A stretch of 64,000 bases of DNA from Glaucostegus cemiculus (Eukaryota): NCBI GenBank assembly GCA_976551045.1, contig CDPCPM010000030.1:2418001-2482000 (forward strand), written 5' to 3'. Both the position numbers and the translations under genes were made by a program. The notes beneath the pieces were generated by a model. The model saw nothing but the letters and a program-made list of their open reading frames with translations, was not told where the DNA came from and ran no database searches. This document shows, piece by piece, positions 62,324 to 64,000 of the stretch. Every line of letters starts with the position of its first letter. Within the stretch, counting starts at the first letter, position 1.

Positions 62324-63014
62324 ACATTGGACATTTGGACTTTGAGAATATTAGAGGGTACTTGGGGGATATTGAATTTGGAAGGCGTGAGATATCCGGG
62401 AGTGTATTAAGTGTTGGGTTCTGAAGGTGTTGTTTAATTGGAGGTTCAGTATATTATCGAGGTTTAAAGCAATGTTGTTTTTTTCTGGGAAGCTGGTGTC
62501 GTGGAGCAATGACTGGGATCAGGAACTGAGGTGGCTTTGGTTGGTTTCAACGCGGAAGCTCAGTGGGTATGGCAGAAGTTGAAGGAGAAGGATGAGTAGC
62601 GGGGAAGTGTGTAAATTGGAGAGTGATTGACTGACAGAGGCCAGAGAGGAGGACAGAGAGAAATGAGAGGGCGAGAGACTTATGGAATGATTGAGGAAGG
62701 AGAGATGGGAACTGTGACAGGACGGAGAAAGGAGAGACATAATATCTTATTGACCACAAACCTACGCTCAGGAATCAGCAGCGTGGATCATTGAAGGGAA
62801 CACTGATCCCATGTTCAGTCATTTTCGCCGGACCTGAATGTGACTGAGAGGAGTAATCAGGAGGGACAGATTTTCAGAAGGGAGAGTTATTGAACGGAGT
62901 CGCATGATGTTGTTTTCTCCATAGACTCAGCCTCCACTCCCCCAAACTCCAGTCCTAGTCAGATGACCTGCTTTGCTGCTTCCAATTGTCGATTTCTCTC
63001 TTCATTTATTCTAG

Positions 63015-63110
63015 TGCCAGATATCTCCAGAGGGGAAGCATCCGGAGGATCATCGAAGGAGGCATCAATACAGGAAGAGTCTTCAGTCCCAGCAGGAGAC
63101 ACGTCCTCAG
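63015..63110 (+). CDS. Exon A 96 nt VPDISRGEASGGSSKEASIQEESSVPAGDTSS
   Basis: tttattctag| ... cag|gtacca. Confidence 0.75.
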
Positions 63111-64000
63111 GTACCAAGACTTATGTCAATGTGGTCATTCAGTGAAACTGCGGCCTCTAAGCACCTGTGAACCACTCAATTGTTATTTGTGAATTTCAGT
63201 GTTATTTCAGTGTGCATTTCAGTAGAACATGATTGATAGCGTTCGTTCCATACTCTGCTGCCAATTTCAGAAGAACCTGAGACCTCTTAAAAGGGAGGGT
63301 TCACTTACCTGGAATGGACAGACTTGGACGGAGGCTGGTGTAGGTCACGATGTGGAGGACGGTCAGAGGACCCATCATGAGGAATAACAACTGGTGTTTA
63401 CTCACGGCATGGAATGTGGCCGGTGACTCTGTCTGGTGTGACCTTCAGGCAGGATTTAAAAGACTGTTTTACACATTTATGAGCTGTACTGAGTGTTTTG
63501 ACTGGAGGAAACATGTCCTGTTATAAGAAGTGAATAAAGAGGACATCAATTCGACAAGGGTTCAGATATTTCTACGAGACTCTAGCAAGATGTCTGCACA
63601 TCAGAGGACACTTGGAGTGTCTAGGTATCTGGGAGCATGTTGGAATGTCAGTTATGTCACTGGGGTCATTCACCAAAGTTATGACCTCAAGATTCCTGAG
63701 AACCATTCAATTGTTAGATGTGCATTTCAGCGGGGCATGATTGATGGTCTTAGTTCTCTACCCTGCTGCCAATTTCAGAATGTTCGAGACTTCTGAAAAG
63801 GGTGGGTTCACTGCCCCGGAATGGACAGACTTGGAAGTAGGATGGTGCAGGTCAAGATGTGGAGGTGGGACATTGGACAGATCAGGAGGACAGAGACCTG
63901 GTGATTGTAGTCAAGGGATGAAGTCAGTCGGTGGGTATGTTTGCAGTGGCCTGCAGACAAGATTTACAAGCCTGATGTTATCAATCAATGATCTGTACTG

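Larger units (their letters stand above)
1..64000 (+). repeat. Tandem array of ~1.9-2.3 kb exon-intron units (about 30 units); inferred internal repeat region of a giant Ser/Thr/Pro/Gly/Glu-rich mucin- or proteoglycan-like gene
   Basis: The same landmarks (atgcatgatgttgg; tttattccag|tcccagagac; cag|gtacc; ggatgcactcccatgcc; cccttgagtgagacagcctcag|gtac; ggcatggatatcaggaaa) recur every ~2 kb across the window. Both ends of the window are mid-unit. Confidence 0.95.

Noticed and set aside
1-64000. CRISPR array, rRNA/tRNA/snRNA cluster, or tandem LTR/DNA transposon as explanation of the periodicity
   Set aside because: Units are ~2 kb with no constant-repeat/unique-spacer pattern, no recognisable structural RNA (the only Pol III boxes are in the SINE), and no transposase, gag or terminal repeats.

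Overview
Eukaryotic vertebrate genomic DNA, probably a cartilaginous fish (inferred from the CR1-type LINE 3' ends and a V-SINE). The whole 64 kb is a tandem array of a ~1.9-2.3 kb unit, with higher-order duplications in the first ~37 kb and more diverged monomers after that. The supplied ORF track is misleading. Read for splice signals, each unit carries two paralogous 96-nt cassette exons on the + strand, here called A and B (pyrimidine tract + YAG| ... CAG|GTAC, phase 1-1). Each encodes a 32-aa Ser/Thr/Pro/Gly/Glu-rich repeat (A ~VPETSKGEQSGGSSNGASTQEPSSIPAGNTSS; B ~DLKTSPMEQPSGSSTGEPTQEPSSVPLSETAS). I count 31 A and 28 B copies. Of these, 47 have canonical AG/GT ends and one more has a GC donor. 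All 48 are 96 or 84 nt long, with no stop and no Cys, about 1,500 aa if all were joined. Each unit also has candidate in-frame microexons of 24 nt (M) and 39 nt (D) that are paralogous to each other and more decayed. This looks like the middle of a very large mucin- or proteoglycan-like gene built from a birth-and-death array of symmetric exons. No start, stop or folded domain lies in the window, so the gene cannot be named. Six CR1-like LINE fragments and one V-SINE interrupt the array. All coordinates were counted by hand and there is no transcript evidence.
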